64,000 nt of DNA from a virus, in the IMG/VR virus record IMGVR_UViG_3300025168_000033, positions 32,001 to 96,000 of that record; one strand, given 5' to 3'. The first letter of the stretch is position 1; every line of letters begins with the position of its first letter. Shown piece by piece: positions 10,247-20,170 of this stretch. Both the position numbers and the translations under genes were made by a program. The notes under the pieces were generated by a model. The model ran no database searches and was not told the DNA's origin. It saw nothing but the letters and a program-made list of their open reading frames with translations.

Positions 10247-11026
10247 TTATTTATCTTCATCAGGATCAAAATCTACATCCTGAATATCTGCCTGAATTTG
10301 TTGCATCATATTTCTATTGCCACGATTAATATGACCGTCTGTTGATTTTGCCGGAGCATCACCTGTTTCAATAGCTTCTGATGGCGAATAAATATCTATA
10401 TCATGTTTAAGCTTTTTAGCACCTTCTTCCATTGCATGTAAATGTAATGTTTGATGCTTCATAATATCTAGCATTGTTTTTTGTAATCCTCCCAGAACTT
10501 CAAACATTCTTGGATGTAATTCACCACTATCAATAGTTCTTAATAAGGTTGTAAGTGCATGTTCAGCAGTTTGCATTTGAAACATTAATGATGCTAATGT
10601 CATTTCATCGACATGAGCTTTCATTTTAATATATTCGTTAGTTTCTATGACGTCAGCACTTAAATATAATTTAAGCAATGAGTTCATTAATTTTTTCCCT
10701 TTCTTTGCTGAATTAGATTTTACTTCCAGATAATCCATTTGTGGAAGGTCAATTCTTGCAGGAAGGTCTGAATCATTAGCTGTTTCCACCGGTAATGATG
10801 ATGCTTCAGCCTGATCCAATAAATCTTTAATTGAATCTCTAGCTTCCTGTTTTGCCGGATCAACTTTATTTTCTTCTGGATTTTCCATAAGTTTTTGTTT
10901 TATATGTATTAATGCTAATTCCTGTGATTTGAATTCTATTGTTTCTAGATATGCATTATCAGGCATATCAAATAAATCTACGGCCCAGTCCTTTCCGTCT
11001 TTATATGGCTTAGAATATCTTATCAT
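10247..11026 (-). CDS. gp16: terminase small subunit (gp16-like); start likely at 11026 (MIRYSKPY)
   Basis: GELHPRMFEVLGGLQKTM resembles the T4-like gp16 HPRAYEV.GQL.K motif; upstream of gp17. Confidence 0.65.
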   Translation of the reverse strand: MIRYSKPYKDGKDWAVDLFDMPDNAYLETIEFKSQELALIHIKQKLMENPEENKVDPAKQEARDSIKDLLDQAEASSLPVETANDSDLPARIDLPQMDYLEVKSNSAKKGKKLMNSLLKLYLSADVIETNEYIKMKAHVDEMTLASLMFQMQTAEHALTTLLRTIDSGELHPRMFEVLGGLQKTMLDIMKHQTLHLHAMEEGAKKLKHDIDIYSPSEAIETGDAPAKSTDGHINRGNRNMMQQIQADIQDVDFDPDEDK

Positions 11027-11027
11027 T

Positions 11028-12797
11028 TTATCTACGACTATTTCTTGATAATCTAAGAGCTGGTAATGCATTATCTACAAGTGTAGCTTTATGACTATCA
11101 ACAACAACATATTGATTTAATATGAATGGTTGTTTTTCTTCTTCAATGCTTTCAGTAAATACTCTTAAATTTGTAAGTGAAATTTCACCACCATGCAATT
11201 CATAATATGTATTAGCTGGTTTTTGCGCACCTATTGAAATAGATTTTGTTTCACTAAATACTAATTTTAAATCTGTTGTTTGTGCTGTAGTTGGATTATT
11301 TTCATGTAAAGTCGGATTATATTTCATTTCCCATAAATATACAGATCCTTGAGAATATTTATTTGATAGATTTACAACTAACCCATACCACTTATTTGTG
11401 CTTAATGCAGTAAACGGGCCGTATGAATATGATGTAGCACCTATTGTTACATTTATTCCTGTAGTTCCTGTAGCACCAGCTCCTGTAGTATGTGCAAGAT
11501 CGATTGAAATTCCTGTAGTACCGTCAGTTCCATTTATTATTTTTGATGATGTTGCCCCAGTAGCTCCCCATACAGTTTTAGAAATATTGAACCATCCAGT
11601 ATAAGCTCTATTATCTGTAGCTTTTATGTCTACAGCTTTTTTATATTTTACAGCCAATGATCCGGTTGTAACAGTATTTAATTGATATCTGTATTTAGCT
11701 ACAATTGTCCAATAGTTATTGATGTCCTCATTATCAATTTTAAGTAATGTGCTCATCTCGGATCTAATAAAATCATATCCGCCTGTGCTAATAACATTAT
11801 ATTGTAACGGCTTTGTAACTTCTAGAAATTCATCATTGCGTTCAACACCTAATATTTCTTCAAAGTCATTAGTCAGATCTTCTACTATGGTATCAACGGC
11901 ATCTGTTCGTTTTACATTTTTTCTATCCTGCCATTTACGTAATGAAACTTTATAATAGATTCCTTCCTGCATAAAATCTTTAAAAAGATATGCGGAATTT
12001 ATTTCATACATTCTATCGGTCAATGGAAAGTATAAATAATCTCTTTCTTGTGGCCTTGCAACCTGACCGAATACAGTTTCAAATACTTCCTTTACAATAT
12101 GAATTTCAAAGTCCTGTTCAAAATCCATGTCAAGCGGTCCAAAATTTATTGCATTTTCTGGAAATTCATTATCGGGTACAACTATTTTTATTTCTTTTAC
12201 GTCAGTAACATCATATAATGAATATTCTCTAAGAATAACGTCTTTAGATCTTTGTTGTGGATCTACTTTAAAGTACTTTACACAATGTCCAAATAAATCA
12301 GAAATTCCTAATGCTAGCTGTTCCTGAAGACAGGCAGCTTTGGATGCAGTTTCATAAGGATTCCATAGATTTTTATCACATTTTATTCGTACTCCAGCAC
12401 AAAAATTTGGCTGTCCACAAGCTGTACCGACTGGCGGTAATTGAACAGTTTCAGTATTATTTAAAGTTATATTTGTTGTAATAGATTCTACTGAAAGATT
12501 TCCTATTCCAGTTCCTCCACGAGTATATCGATATTCTACCCAGATATCAGTTCCAGCAACACCTGGAATTCCATTAAATGAAGTAGCACCAGTACCAACT
12601 AATGTACTCCAAGCCGAGAATGAAATTGAATCATCCGACCATCTAAATTCTTTAGTAAAAAATTTATCTGAAGTTTCACCGACAATAACATCACTATAAG
12701 AATCTATAGATAGTACATCTAAATATGCACTATCAAATGATATAATTATTACTTCGCCTGTGGTTGTGGTATTTGTAGTACCTGAGATTGTAGGCAT
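11028..12797 (-). CDS. neck protein gp14-like with N- and C-terminal (LamG-like) extensions
   Basis: D.ILRE, FG.D.EQDFEIHI.K..F...FG..RPQERDYLYFPL..RMYEI; beta-rich C-terminus; late promoter at 12813-12821. Confidence 0.65.
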   Translation of the reverse strand: MPTISGTTNTTTTGEVIIISFDSAYLDVLSIDSYSDVIVGETSDKFFTKEFRWSDDSISFSAWSTLVGTGATSFNGIPGVAGTDIWVEYRYTRGGTGIGNLSVESITTNITLNNTETVQLPPVGTACGQPNFCAGVRIKCDKNLWNPYETASKAACLQEQLALGISDLFGHCVKYFKVDPQQRSKDVILREYSLYDVTDVKEIKIVVPDNEFPENAINFGPLDMDFEQDFEIHIVKEVFETVFGQVARPQERDYLYFPLTDRMYEINSAYLFKDFMQEGIYYKVSLRKWQDRKNVKRTDAVDTIVEDLTNDFEEILGVERNDEFLEVTKPLQYNVISTGGYDFIRSEMSTLLKIDNEDINNYWTIVAKYRYQLNTVTTGSLAVKYKKAVDIKATDNRAYTGWFNISKTVWGATGATSSKIINGTDGTTGISIDLAHTTGAGATGTTGINVTIGATSYSYGPFTALSTNKWYGLVVNLSNKYSQGSVYLWEMKYNPTLHENNPTTAQTTDLKLVFSETKSISIGAQKPANTYYELHGGEISLTNLRVFTESIEEEKQPFILNQYVVVDSHKATLVDNALPALRLSRNSRR

Positions 12798-12838
12798 AGA
12801 TATACTTTTATTTTATATATCTACGCCTATGAATGATG

Positions 12839-13426
12839 TTATTTTTTTTGAGCTAAATAACCTTTAATTGCATCTATTGCATTATCATCGCCCATTGTAT
12901 ATCCAAGGCCAACAAATTTTCCAGTATCAACTTTTTTACCGTTTAATGATAATGTCCACGTTGTGCGTTGACCCATTTCTTTATAGTGGTCACTCCAAGC
13001 CTCACCTCCAGATACTTCAGTATACTTCCATTTATCTCTACCCCATTTAGCTTCAAAATAATAATCAGTATCATCATAATCATCTTTTGTGATTTTGATT
13101 TTATCATGCTTAGGTTTTTCTTTATTAATTTTATCGACTTTACCATATTTTTTCTCTAGGCCTTCAATATATTCAACAAGTTCTTTTTCATATTCTATTG
13201 TTAACTGCATATTAGTATCCCAACGGTTTGGCTCGTTATTCAATAAATTAATACTAAATTCAACACCACGCTGATAATATTTGTAGACTTTAAGAATTTT
13301 ATTTTTTTCTTTTTTAAAAGTAACATAAAGATCCTCATTGTAATTGGCATCTTTTAATGCTGCTAAAACTGAATTTATTTTAACAGCTTCATTTAAAAAT
13401 TCATCGTATGATTGTAGATTCCTCAT
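12839..13426 (-). CDS. tagged putative internal head protein
   Basis: MRNLQSYDEFLNE. Confidence 0.65.
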   Translation of the reverse strand: MRNLQSYDEFLNEAVKINSVLAALKDANYNEDLYVTFKKEKNKILKVYKYYQRGVEFSINLLNNEPNRWDTNMQLTIEYEKELVEYIEGLEKKYGKVDKINKEKPKHDKIKITKDDYDDTDYYFEAKWGRDKWKYTEVSGGEAWSDHYKEMGQRTTWTLSLNGKKVDTGKFVGLGYTMGDDNAIDAIKGYLAQKK

Positions 13427-13428
13427 AA

Positions 13429-14127
13429 TTATTTTGTTACTTTTCCTACGACTTTATAGATATATCCTTTATGACCATCTCTCATTCGGGCTTCTCCTTC
13501 GTTTTTTCTTTCTGTTATTTTGAATTTTGCACTACCAAAAATATTTTTGAAATATTCCATAGCAAGCTTTACTACATGGAATCCTTCTAATTCAGTTTCT
13601 ATTTCTTTTTCGTTTTTCTTGATTTCTGAACTGGATTGTGTATCACCATGTCCTTTTTCGTAATGTATCCAGGTCAAGACAAAATCACTAATATTAAATA
13701 TATATTCTTCCTTCTTTTCATCATATTTAAACATGACGTCATTACTATTGCCATATTGATATTCCTTGTTTTTGATGCCTTCTATCATTTCAGCAATCTT
13801 TCTATCTAGGTCGATTGATTTGCCTTCTTTACCATCAGGTGACATGAAAAAAACTTTTCTTCCTTTCTTTGCTGCTATTAGCTCACCATGTTCAACCAAT
13901 GAATCCACCCATTCATATCCATATTGAGTACCTCGATTAACCTTGAAATGATTTCTAGGAAGTTCTTTTACTTTACCTGAAAGAATATCTTTTACCGATT
14001 GAATCCAGCCTTCTAAATAAGTTGATCTTTTATGATTGCTTCTTAATGCATTATAATAGTCATCCATACTGGATCTTTTATAATAGCTCTCGTTTAAAAA
14101 TTCGTCGTACGATTTAAAATTTTTCAT
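13429..14127 (-). CDS. tagged putative internal head protein
   Basis: MKNFKSYDEFLNE. Confidence 0.65.
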   Translation of the reverse strand: MKNFKSYDEFLNESYYKRSSMDDYYNALRSNHKRSTYLEGWIQSVKDILSGKVKELPRNHFKVNRGTQYGYEWVDSLVEHGELIAAKKGRKVFFMSPDGKEGKSIDLDRKIAEMIEGIKNKEYQYGNSNDVMFKYDEKKEEYIFNISDFVLTWIHYEKGHGDTQSSSEIKKNEKEIETELEGFHVVKLAMEYFKNIFGSAKFKITERKNEGEARMRDGHKGYIYKVVGKVTK

Positions 14128-14129
14128 TT

Positions 14130-14564
14130 TTATCTATGTATTTTATTTTCTTCACCTTGAATTAATTTACCTTTTGATGTAAACACCATAGGTCCGTAAA
14201 TATCATAAGATTTGCTTGAATTAAAAACAATCTTCATGTTAGCTACTACTTTACGCATAGCTGATAATGATTCCATGAAAAGAAAGTATTTACCATTTTC
14301 TCTTCTATCATCTAACAAATTAATGTGTCCAAATCGATTTAAATCCATCCCAGCTGTTATTTCTTCTATCATGTTAGATAATTCAAACCCTTTAGGTTTT
14401 TTTACTTTATCATCTTCACTTTGACCAAAATCTTCGCGATCAATAAACACACCATAATAATCAGTAGCATTATTAACATTAAATCCTTCTAACCATGGTG
14501 AATAAATAGATTTAGGTTTTCTTGCTTCGTTTAGAAATTCATCGTATGATTGTAAATTTTTCAT
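14130..14564 (-). CDS. tagged putative internal head protein
   Basis: MKNLQSYDEFLNE. Confidence 0.65.
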   Translation of the reverse strand: MKNLQSYDEFLNEARKPKSIYSPWLEGFNVNNATDYYGVFIDREDFGQSEDDKVKKPKGFELSNMIEEITAGMDLNRFGHINLLDDRRENGKYFLFMESLSAMRKVVANMKIVFNSSKSYDIYGPMVFTSKGKLIQGEENKIHR

Positions 14565-14573
14565 ATTATATTT

Positions 14574-15041
14574 TTATTTACGCCAGTCCCAAACACTGTC
14601 TTTGTTTTTAATTCTAGAAGAACTACCATAGTCAATTGATGTTCCTCGATTTATAAAAAGTACTTTATTATATAGCAAGGCATCACCAAAGTTAGTTCCA
14701 AAAAAATCAGACACTTGTCCATATTCTTTAGCACCTTTTTCTTTAAGAAACTTAAAAAATTTAGAAATCATTTCTAATTTTATGTTTTTATTAGGTTCAA
14801 GATTTCCTTTACGCGTTGGTTTAGGAACTATTGAATCCATTTCTTTGCTTTTTTTACCATCACCCCTTTTATACCATTGATGTTTTACTTTTTGTTCAGG
14901 AACAATAACGAATCCACTTTCTATATATGAATCATCGCTTTCATCATTAAATTCCATAGAAATAGTATAAGCTACTTTCATTAGTCTTTCTTCGACTTTA
15001 CTTTCATTCAAGAATTCATTATATGAATGTATATTTTTCAT
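14574..15041 (-). CDS. tagged putative internal head protein
   Basis: MKNIHSYNEFLNE. Confidence 0.65.
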   Translation of the reverse strand: MKNIHSYNEFLNESKVEERLMKVAYTISMEFNDESDDSYIESGFVIVPEQKVKHQWYKRGDGKKSKEMDSIVPKPTRKGNLEPNKNIKLEMISKFFKFLKEKGAKEYGQVSDFFGTNFGDALLYNKVLFINRGTSIDYGSSSRIKNKDSVWDWRK

Positions 15042-15046
15042 GAATA

Positions 15047-15214
15047 TTATTCGATTTTTGTATTGGATTTTTTATTTTTTTTATCATCCAAAAGGCAGGT
15101 CGTCTTATTAAAAATGAAATTTTCGTTATCTCTATAATTTGGATTTCCTCCCATTATAATATACATGTCTTGAAATTTAGGAGGTATTTTTGCTTTGTTT
15201 TTTCTTTTACTCAT
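15047..15214 (-). CDS. small hypothetical protein (55 aa, not in ORF track)
   Basis: manual translation MSKRKNKAKIPPKFQDMYIIMGGNPNYRDNENFIFNKTTCLLDDKKNKKSNTKIE fills the gap. Confidence 0.5.
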   Translation of the reverse strand: MSKRKNKAKIPPKFQDMYIIMGGNPNYRDNENFIFNKTTCLLDDKKNKKSNTKIE

Positions 15215-15252
15215 TGCTAAATCATCTCTTTTCCAGTATGTAACGGATGTAA

Positions 15253-15552
15253 TTACGAATTTAATATTTCTTCTGGCGGTTTATTATCTTTAGGTTTTTT
15301 TATTTTTTTATATGCATCAATAAATTTTCCACCGAATACATAACCACCAAATAAGGTCATTGCATATTCCAATGCATTTATTATAATTTTAAATTTGTCG
15401 ACCTGGACTTCAGACTTAAATATTCCTGCATAAAGTAATATTCCTAACGTTAAATAATATGCAGCAACAGACCACAGCAAATATACCCTACCTTGAGAGT
15501 ATTTATTATTTTCTGTTAGCATGTCCTTGAAAATATTCAAAACCTTGTTCAT
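15253..15552 (-). CDS. small two-TM membrane protein (holin-like)
   Basis: SQGR followed by two hydrophobic helices and a basic tail; late promoter at 15575-15583. Confidence 0.5.
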   Translation of the reverse strand: MNKVLNIFKDMLTENNKYSQGRVYLLWSVAAYYLTLGILLYAGIFKSEVQVDKFKIIINALEYAMTLFGGYVFGGKFIDAYKKIKKPKDNKPPEEILNS

Positions 15553-15582
15553 TCTTTTTGCTTTAAAGTATAGATTATATAT

Positions 15583-16236
15583 CTATTCTTCTAGCATCAA
15601 AAGTATCTTAGTATTGTCTCTTTCTAGTTTTTCATCAATAACTTCCAGAATTGGAATCATTGTTTCATCGAAGTTTTCTTCAAACATACCTATTTGATCG
15701 TTATCACCAAAAATTGAAAATAATTGATCGACACTTAAGGTAACATAAGGAGTCTTGAAGATTTTAGATTTAGGAATAAAGTTTGATTTTCTTAATAGAT
15801 TTTTAATTATCTCTAGATATTCTGTATCAACGGCTTCAACAAGATTTAATTTTGCATAGCCAACAGTATATTCAAAGTTTATATTCTTTTTATTCTCGTC
15901 CAATCGCGTATAATTTCTTGTATTTGAAATTTTAACCTTGAAATACCGCAATTTAGAAAAATGAGATATCATTTGATTGATATGATAAATTGAACTGGAA
16001 TTATCAAATAATTCATTTTGCGACATGGAATTTAATTCAGCTAATTGAGTGCTAAATTTTGAATCTATTACGTTTGCCATGTCTCGCATAGAAAGATAAT
16101 AAACTGAAGGCGCGCCAGGCAAATTAAACATTGCTGATGAATTTTTAAGAGCCGCTATAAGTTTATTATCACGCCAGTTATGACGATACAAAATTATTTC
16201 TATGACTATTGGATGTACGTGATTAATTTTTATCAT
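15583..16236 (-). CDS. hypothetical protein
   Basis: 217 aa ORF packed in the operon. Confidence 0.6.
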   Translation of the reverse strand: MIKINHVHPIVIEIILYRHNWRDNKLIAALKNSSAMFNLPGAPSVYYLSMRDMANVIDSKFSTQLAELNSMSQNELFDNSSSIYHINQMISHFSKLRYFKVKISNTRNYTRLDENKKNINFEYTVGYAKLNLVEAVDTEYLEIIKNLLRKSNFIPKSKIFKTPYVTLSVDQLFSIFGDNDQIGMFEENFDETMIPILEVIDEKLERDNTKILLMLEE

Positions 16237-16660
16237 AAACCGCTAATTGTTGATCGATCATTTTAAGGTAATTATTTATCTCTACAGGAAATAATCTATT
16301 AGCTTCAAGAAATTGATCTTTGGAAATTTGATTTTTTTCAATATAGAATTCTATTGCTGCATCAGTAGGTTTGTATTTTAATTTCTTAACTGTTATTTTA
16401 TCAGCCTTATTCATTTTTGTATACAACCAACCTGGTGAACGTTTTAATTGTTTTGCTATAGTTCGCCAGGTTTCAATAGTGGAAAGTGGATTCATGCCAT
16501 TGACATTCATATATTGAGCCTGAATAGGAAATTGAATAGCCATCATACGATTTAACATAAATGCATGTTTTGACTTATCATGATTTTTATGTGATCGCCA
16601 TTGAATATCCGAGTCAGTAAAAATCTTAGTCATTATGCCATTCTTTCCAAATAAATCCAT
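16223..16660 (-). CDS. clamp loader small subunit (gp62-like)
   Basis: FMLNRMMA....AQYMN and R.PGW..K patterns; near gp44. Confidence 0.5.
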   Translation of the reverse strand: MDLFGKNGIMTKIFTDSDIQWRSHKNHDKSKHAFMLNRMMAIQFPIQAQYMNVNGMNPLSTIETWRTIAKQLKRSPGWLYTKMNKADKITVKKLKYKPTDAAIEFYIEKNQISKDQFLEANRLFPVEINNYLKMIDQQLAVYDKN

Positions 16661-16691
16661 AGTTATTTTATTATTGTAATTCTAATTTGTT

Positions 16692-17153
16692 TCACACATA
16701 TATGTAATGTCTATCATTATATTGTGAAGGTATAGCATTTCTTTCCATATACTCTTTTGTTTTAGTATATAGATATTTGTATCCATCTGATGTTTCTTGC
16801 ATTATAGCATATTCATCAGCATTTAAATAATTCATATTGATTGTAACAGTTTTAGCATCCACACCAATAGTTTTTACATCAATTTTAGTTCCTTCAACAG
16901 TTACAAAATCCCATCCGGGATCTGCATTTTTTGATATAGTTAAATCCGGCTCATTTTCTAGAAATCCTTCATGTAATCTATGGAATGCTACTTCACCGCA
17001 TTTTCCTTGAACAATATTAGATTTTATTTTATCTAGTGTTCTTCCGTTTCGTTGATGATATTTTGCAGTATTTTTTGCAAATTCACAACATTCGTTAATT
17101 TCCGCTTTCGTTAATCTTATTTTCATTTCTTTGTTTTTTAGCTTCAAGGACAA
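16692..17153 (-). CDS. PD-(D/E)xK nuclease-like protein (start may be the internal MKIRL)
   Basis: QGKCGEVAF...DPGWDF...KIDVKT. Confidence 0.55.
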   Translation of the reverse strand: MSLKLKNKEMKIRLTKAEINECCEFAKNTAKYHQRNGRTLDKIKSNIVQGKCGEVAFHRLHEGFLENEPDLTISKNADPGWDFVTVEGTKIDVKTIGVDAKTVTINMNYLNADEYAIMQETSDGYKYLYTKTKEYMERNAIPSQYNDRHYIYV

Positions 17154-17280
17154 TTTTTTTCTCCTCGATTTTAGTATAATTTTCTAATGCTTTGGCTAAT
17201 CGATTGTTAGATTCGATTAACGCGGGTATGTCCTTTTGATAGTACTTTCTACCCATTAATGATTTTTCAAAATCTGCCAT
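17095..17280 (-). CDS. hypothetical protein
   Basis: 61 aa, coiled-coil-like, A-rich upstream. Confidence 0.5.
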   Translation of the reverse strand: MADFEKSLMGRKYYQKDIPALIESNNRLAKALENYTKIEEKKIVLEAKKQRNENKINESGN

Positions 17281-17307
17281 AGTTTATGTTTATGTTTAGT
17301 TTAATTT

Positions 17308-18525
17308 TTAGTCAAGATTGAATGAATTAAAGAATCCACCTGAACTTTGTTTTTTCTTTTCTTTTTCTTCGTAGCTTGTTTCGTCTAGTATATTTTTGAA
17401 ATCTTTAAGTGCATTTAATTCTGATTTATTTATTTCAAGATTTGAAAATACCGCAATATTATTAGTCATTGATTCCATGATAGGAGTTGGTATAGCCTTT
17501 TCATGTAGAATCATAAGATTCCTATTATCTGCATAATTTTTTTCCAGTTGTTTCATTGAAACATCATTATATTTGCAGGTCATTTTAACTAATCCACAGA
17601 TTTCACTTATGATATCTTTATTCCAGAACATTACAGGATTTATAGTATCATATCTTTCATTGAATGTTTTCAATACTTCATTGATTTGTTTATCGCTTGG
17701 AGTTGAAAAATATTCTTGACCCTTTTTCTTACCTGATTTATATACTTTAGGTTGAGCATAAATCGGTGCAACATTATCACCTGAATCTCCTTTGATTATT
17801 TTTTTGAATTGAAATTCCGCTGTATTTACATCCGTAGAATCTAGAGATTTAACAATAGATTTTAATCCGTCTTTAGAATTGTCTGTAATATCTATAGGTT
17901 GATTGAATATATCTATTGCCTGTATTTTAGTTTTAGAGACCCAATCAGTGAATCCTGGGGCTACATATAGGGTCTTTGCAAATTTATTATAGTATATAGT
18001 ATTGGCATTATTAGTATCATCATGATTAACTAATTGGGTTAAATCGCCATCACCTGATATAACTAAAGCGTTACGACCTTTAGCATTTAAAACCGATGAA
18101 TATGCAAATATTAAATCATCGGCTTCACATCCATCTAAACGAACAGTTTTAATTCCTAGCTTTTCAATACCTTTAGCAAATTCCTGATGAGTTTCATAGA
18201 TTAATCCCCAGTCTATATCATTTGATTGTACGCGATTTGCTTTATATTTTATGTTTTCGCCTTGTTCAATATCCGCTTTAGGAAAGTAATGCTTTCGCCA
18301 TGATGAGCCATCAATACAATAAATTACGTTTTCTATTATTGCATCAAACCTTTTTAATTCTGATGCAAAATCCATAGATAGTTTCCATAGCAATAAATTT
18401 TTATCCGCAGCCGGATCTTTAATAAAATCGAATTTTCCGTTTGAAATATGCTTAGCTACATGATAAGTTTTATGTAACAGAAAGTTTCCGTCTATTAAAA
18501 TTGTGTACTTGTCGTTTTTAGTCAT
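17308..18525 (-). CDS. rnh: RNase H / 5'-3' flap exonuclease (T4 rnh-like)
   Basis: LIDGN, SWRK..Y..KANR, EADD, SGDGDLTQL, GDSGDNV. Confidence 0.85.
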   Translation of the reverse strand: MTKNDKYTILIDGNFLLHKTYHVAKHISNGKFDFIKDPAADKNLLLWKLSMDFASELKRFDAIIENVIYCIDGSSWRKHYFPKADIEQGENIKYKANRVQSNDIDWGLIYETHQEFAKGIEKLGIKTVRLDGCEADDLIFAYSSVLNAKGRNALVISGDGDLTQLVNHDDTNNANTIYYNKFAKTLYVAPGFTDWVSKTKIQAIDIFNQPIDITDNSKDGLKSIVKSLDSTDVNTAEFQFKKIIKGDSGDNVAPIYAQPKVYKSGKKKGQEYFSTPSDKQINEVLKTFNERYDTINPVMFWNKDIISEICGLVKMTCKYNDVSMKQLEKNYADNRNLMILHEKAIPTPIMESMTNNIAVFSNLEINKSELNALKDFKNILDETSYEEKEKKKQSSGGFFNSFNLD

Positions 18526-18542
18526 TTGTCTTTATTTTAATT

Positions 18543-18580
18543 ATAGTTAAATATAACAATAATAGTTGAAATAAAAAAAT
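18543..18580 (-). promoter_or_regulatory. early-type promoter (TTTTTTA...TATATTTAACTATA)
   Basis: same core as the repeats at about 20.4, 21.05, 21.47 and 57.43 kb. Confidence 0.55.
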
Positions 18581-18595
18581 ATTTTAACACTTATT

Positions 18596-19546
18596 TTATG
18601 TATTTATAATCGAATTTAATTTGAAAATTAATGAAAGTAAACAAACATAAGGGTCAATTACAAATCTGGATTGATATGAATGTTGATTGACTTCATATGC
18701 AATTAATGGTAATTTAGATGTTGCAGCTGGATATTCAGCCTGAATAAATTCTATAAATTCAGTTCCTAGTGATCCTATTACTTCATCGGTTTTAGATGAA
18801 TATTTACCTAGTTCTTTATAGAAATCTTTAGGTGCTTTTTTGCTAAAGATTAATTGATAAACATCTTTATGAGCTCCATGAAATTTTACAACAGTATCTT
18901 TTGTAATTGATGTTGTGCCTTCCATTTTATAGCCATGCAATGCCTTTATTGTCGATCTTAAATCTGGAAATTTTCTTCTTACTAATTCGACCAATGCATC
19001 ATTTTGAATTGTAAGGCCTTCAACAGAACAAATCTTATGAACACGACGCATATAGGATTTTTCAACCTCTTTGATTTCATCTTCGTTAAAATCAAAATTA
19101 ATACATTCAAATCTTGATTGTACGTTATCTGGTATTTTATTAAAGTAATTACAGGTTGCTATAAATCTTGTTGTCATGTGAAATTGTTCGATTGTTCCAC
19201 GTAATGCTTTAAAATATGCATCGGACACACCATCAAGCTCATCAAGAATTATGATTTTTAATTTGTCGGCACCACCCATAAGTGAATATGAAGATGCAAA
19301 ATCAGTAATTTTATTTCTTACACTATCTACGCCTGTTTCGTTAGAACAGTTGATATAAATGCTATCATGTGATTTTGCTAATACTTTGGCAGCCGATGTT
19401 TTACCTGAACCTGGAGGACCATGTAATAAAAAATGTGTATATGCGCCTTTGCGTATTTTTTCATCCACTCGATCGGGTAAAATTAAATCATCGAATGATT
19501 GAGGGCGATATTTTTCTTCCCAAAGTAATGTTGAAATGTGGTCCAT
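18596..19546 (-). CDS. gp44: clamp loader ATPase subunit
   Basis: LWEEKYRP, GPPGSGKT, ILDELDG, CN, SRF, FPDLR. Confidence 0.92.
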   Translation of the reverse strand: MDHISTLLWEEKYRPQSFDDLILPDRVDEKIRKGAYTHFLLHGPPGSGKTSAAKVLAKSHDSIYINCSNETGVDSVRNKITDFASSYSLMGGADKLKIIILDELDGVSDAYFKALRGTIEQFHMTTRFIATCNYFNKIPDNVQSRFECINFDFNEDEIKEVEKSYMRRVHKICSVEGLTIQNDALVELVRRKFPDLRSTIKALHGYKMEGTTSITKDTVVKFHGAHKDVYQLIFSKKAPKDFYKELGKYSSKTDEVIGSLGTEFIEFIQAEYPAATSKLPLIAYEVNQHSYQSRFVIDPYVCLLSLIFKLNSIINT

Positions 19547-19590
19547 AAATGTTTATTATTAATATTAAAATCTATTTAATTTGTTTCATT

Positions 19591-19740
19591 TTAGTCAAAG
19601 CTTTTCATCCAAATAGATAATATTTCTCTAGCTTCTTTTTTGCTTATGTCGAATACTCTTTCTAAGTAAGGTGCAGCACCTAACATATTAGTGATTCCTG
19701 AGTCTCTTAATTTATTTAAGTAATTGAAATATTCTATCAT
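19591..19740 (-). CDS. small conserved phage protein (49 aa, not in ORF track)
   Basis: manual translation MIEYFNYLNKLRDSGITNMLGAAPYLERVFDISKKEAREILSIWMKSFD; ATGA overlap with upstream ORF. Confidence 0.65.
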   Translation of the reverse strand: MIEYFNYLNKLRDSGITNMLGAAPYLERVFDISKKEAREILSIWMKSFD

Positions 19741-20000
19741 GATTTTTGATTTTTAATGTGTTCGATTATATCTCCTATTGTTTCTATTCCTTGAGCTGAA
19801 TTATCTAATGCAACTACCTCAGTGTCTGGTGGTAACAGATTTGCAAGTTCATTTGTGAAGTGCATTTGAGCTCCGTTTTTTGTACCGACTCTTCTTGCTA
19901 TTTCAACTTTTTCCATAAATGGTGCATTATCAAATGCAGTGTCATCTGTGGTACTTACTATATCATTTCCGATTTTGAATATTCCGAATGTTGTGCTCAT
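19737..20000 (-). CDS. hypothetical protein
   Basis: 87 aa, ATGA-coupled. Confidence 0.6.
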   Translation of the reverse strand: MSTTFGIFKIGNDIVSTTDDTAFDNAPFMEKVEIARRVGTKNGAQMHFTNELANLLPPDTEVVALDNSAQGIETIGDIIEHIKNQKS

Positions 20001-20170
20001 GATTCTTTGTTTTTATGTTTTGGTTTCCGTGTATACGTCTTTTTACTTTTGTGAACCTTGTGAGGAGGTTGACTACCACCTTGTTCTATCTCAATATTTC
20101 TTCGTGCAGCTCTATCCATTTTGTGGATTTGCTCTTTAGTAATTTTGAGTGATTTGATTTTCTTAGCCAT
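19997..20170 (-). CDS. small basic protein (ArfA-like K..K.Y.RK.KHK tail); start likely MAKKIK at 20170
   Basis: HKVHKSKKTYTRKPKHK; start overlaps stop of upstream 57-aa ORF. Confidence 0.5.
   Translation of the reverse strand: MAKKIKSLKITKEQIHKMDRAARRNIEIEQGGSQPPHKVHKSKKTYTRKPKHKNKES

Noticed and set aside
10247-10255. GATAAATAA at 10247 and 52731 as late promoters
   Set aside because: Both coincide with Asp-Lys-stop codons (GAT AAA TAA), so they may be coding coincidences; not counted
8570-15041. Recurring ~40-bp tag sequence as a possible CRISPR or attC-type repeat
   Set aside because: Copies vary at synonymous positions, are non-palindromic, lie inside ORFs and are spaced by whole genes; no cas gene or integrase in the window
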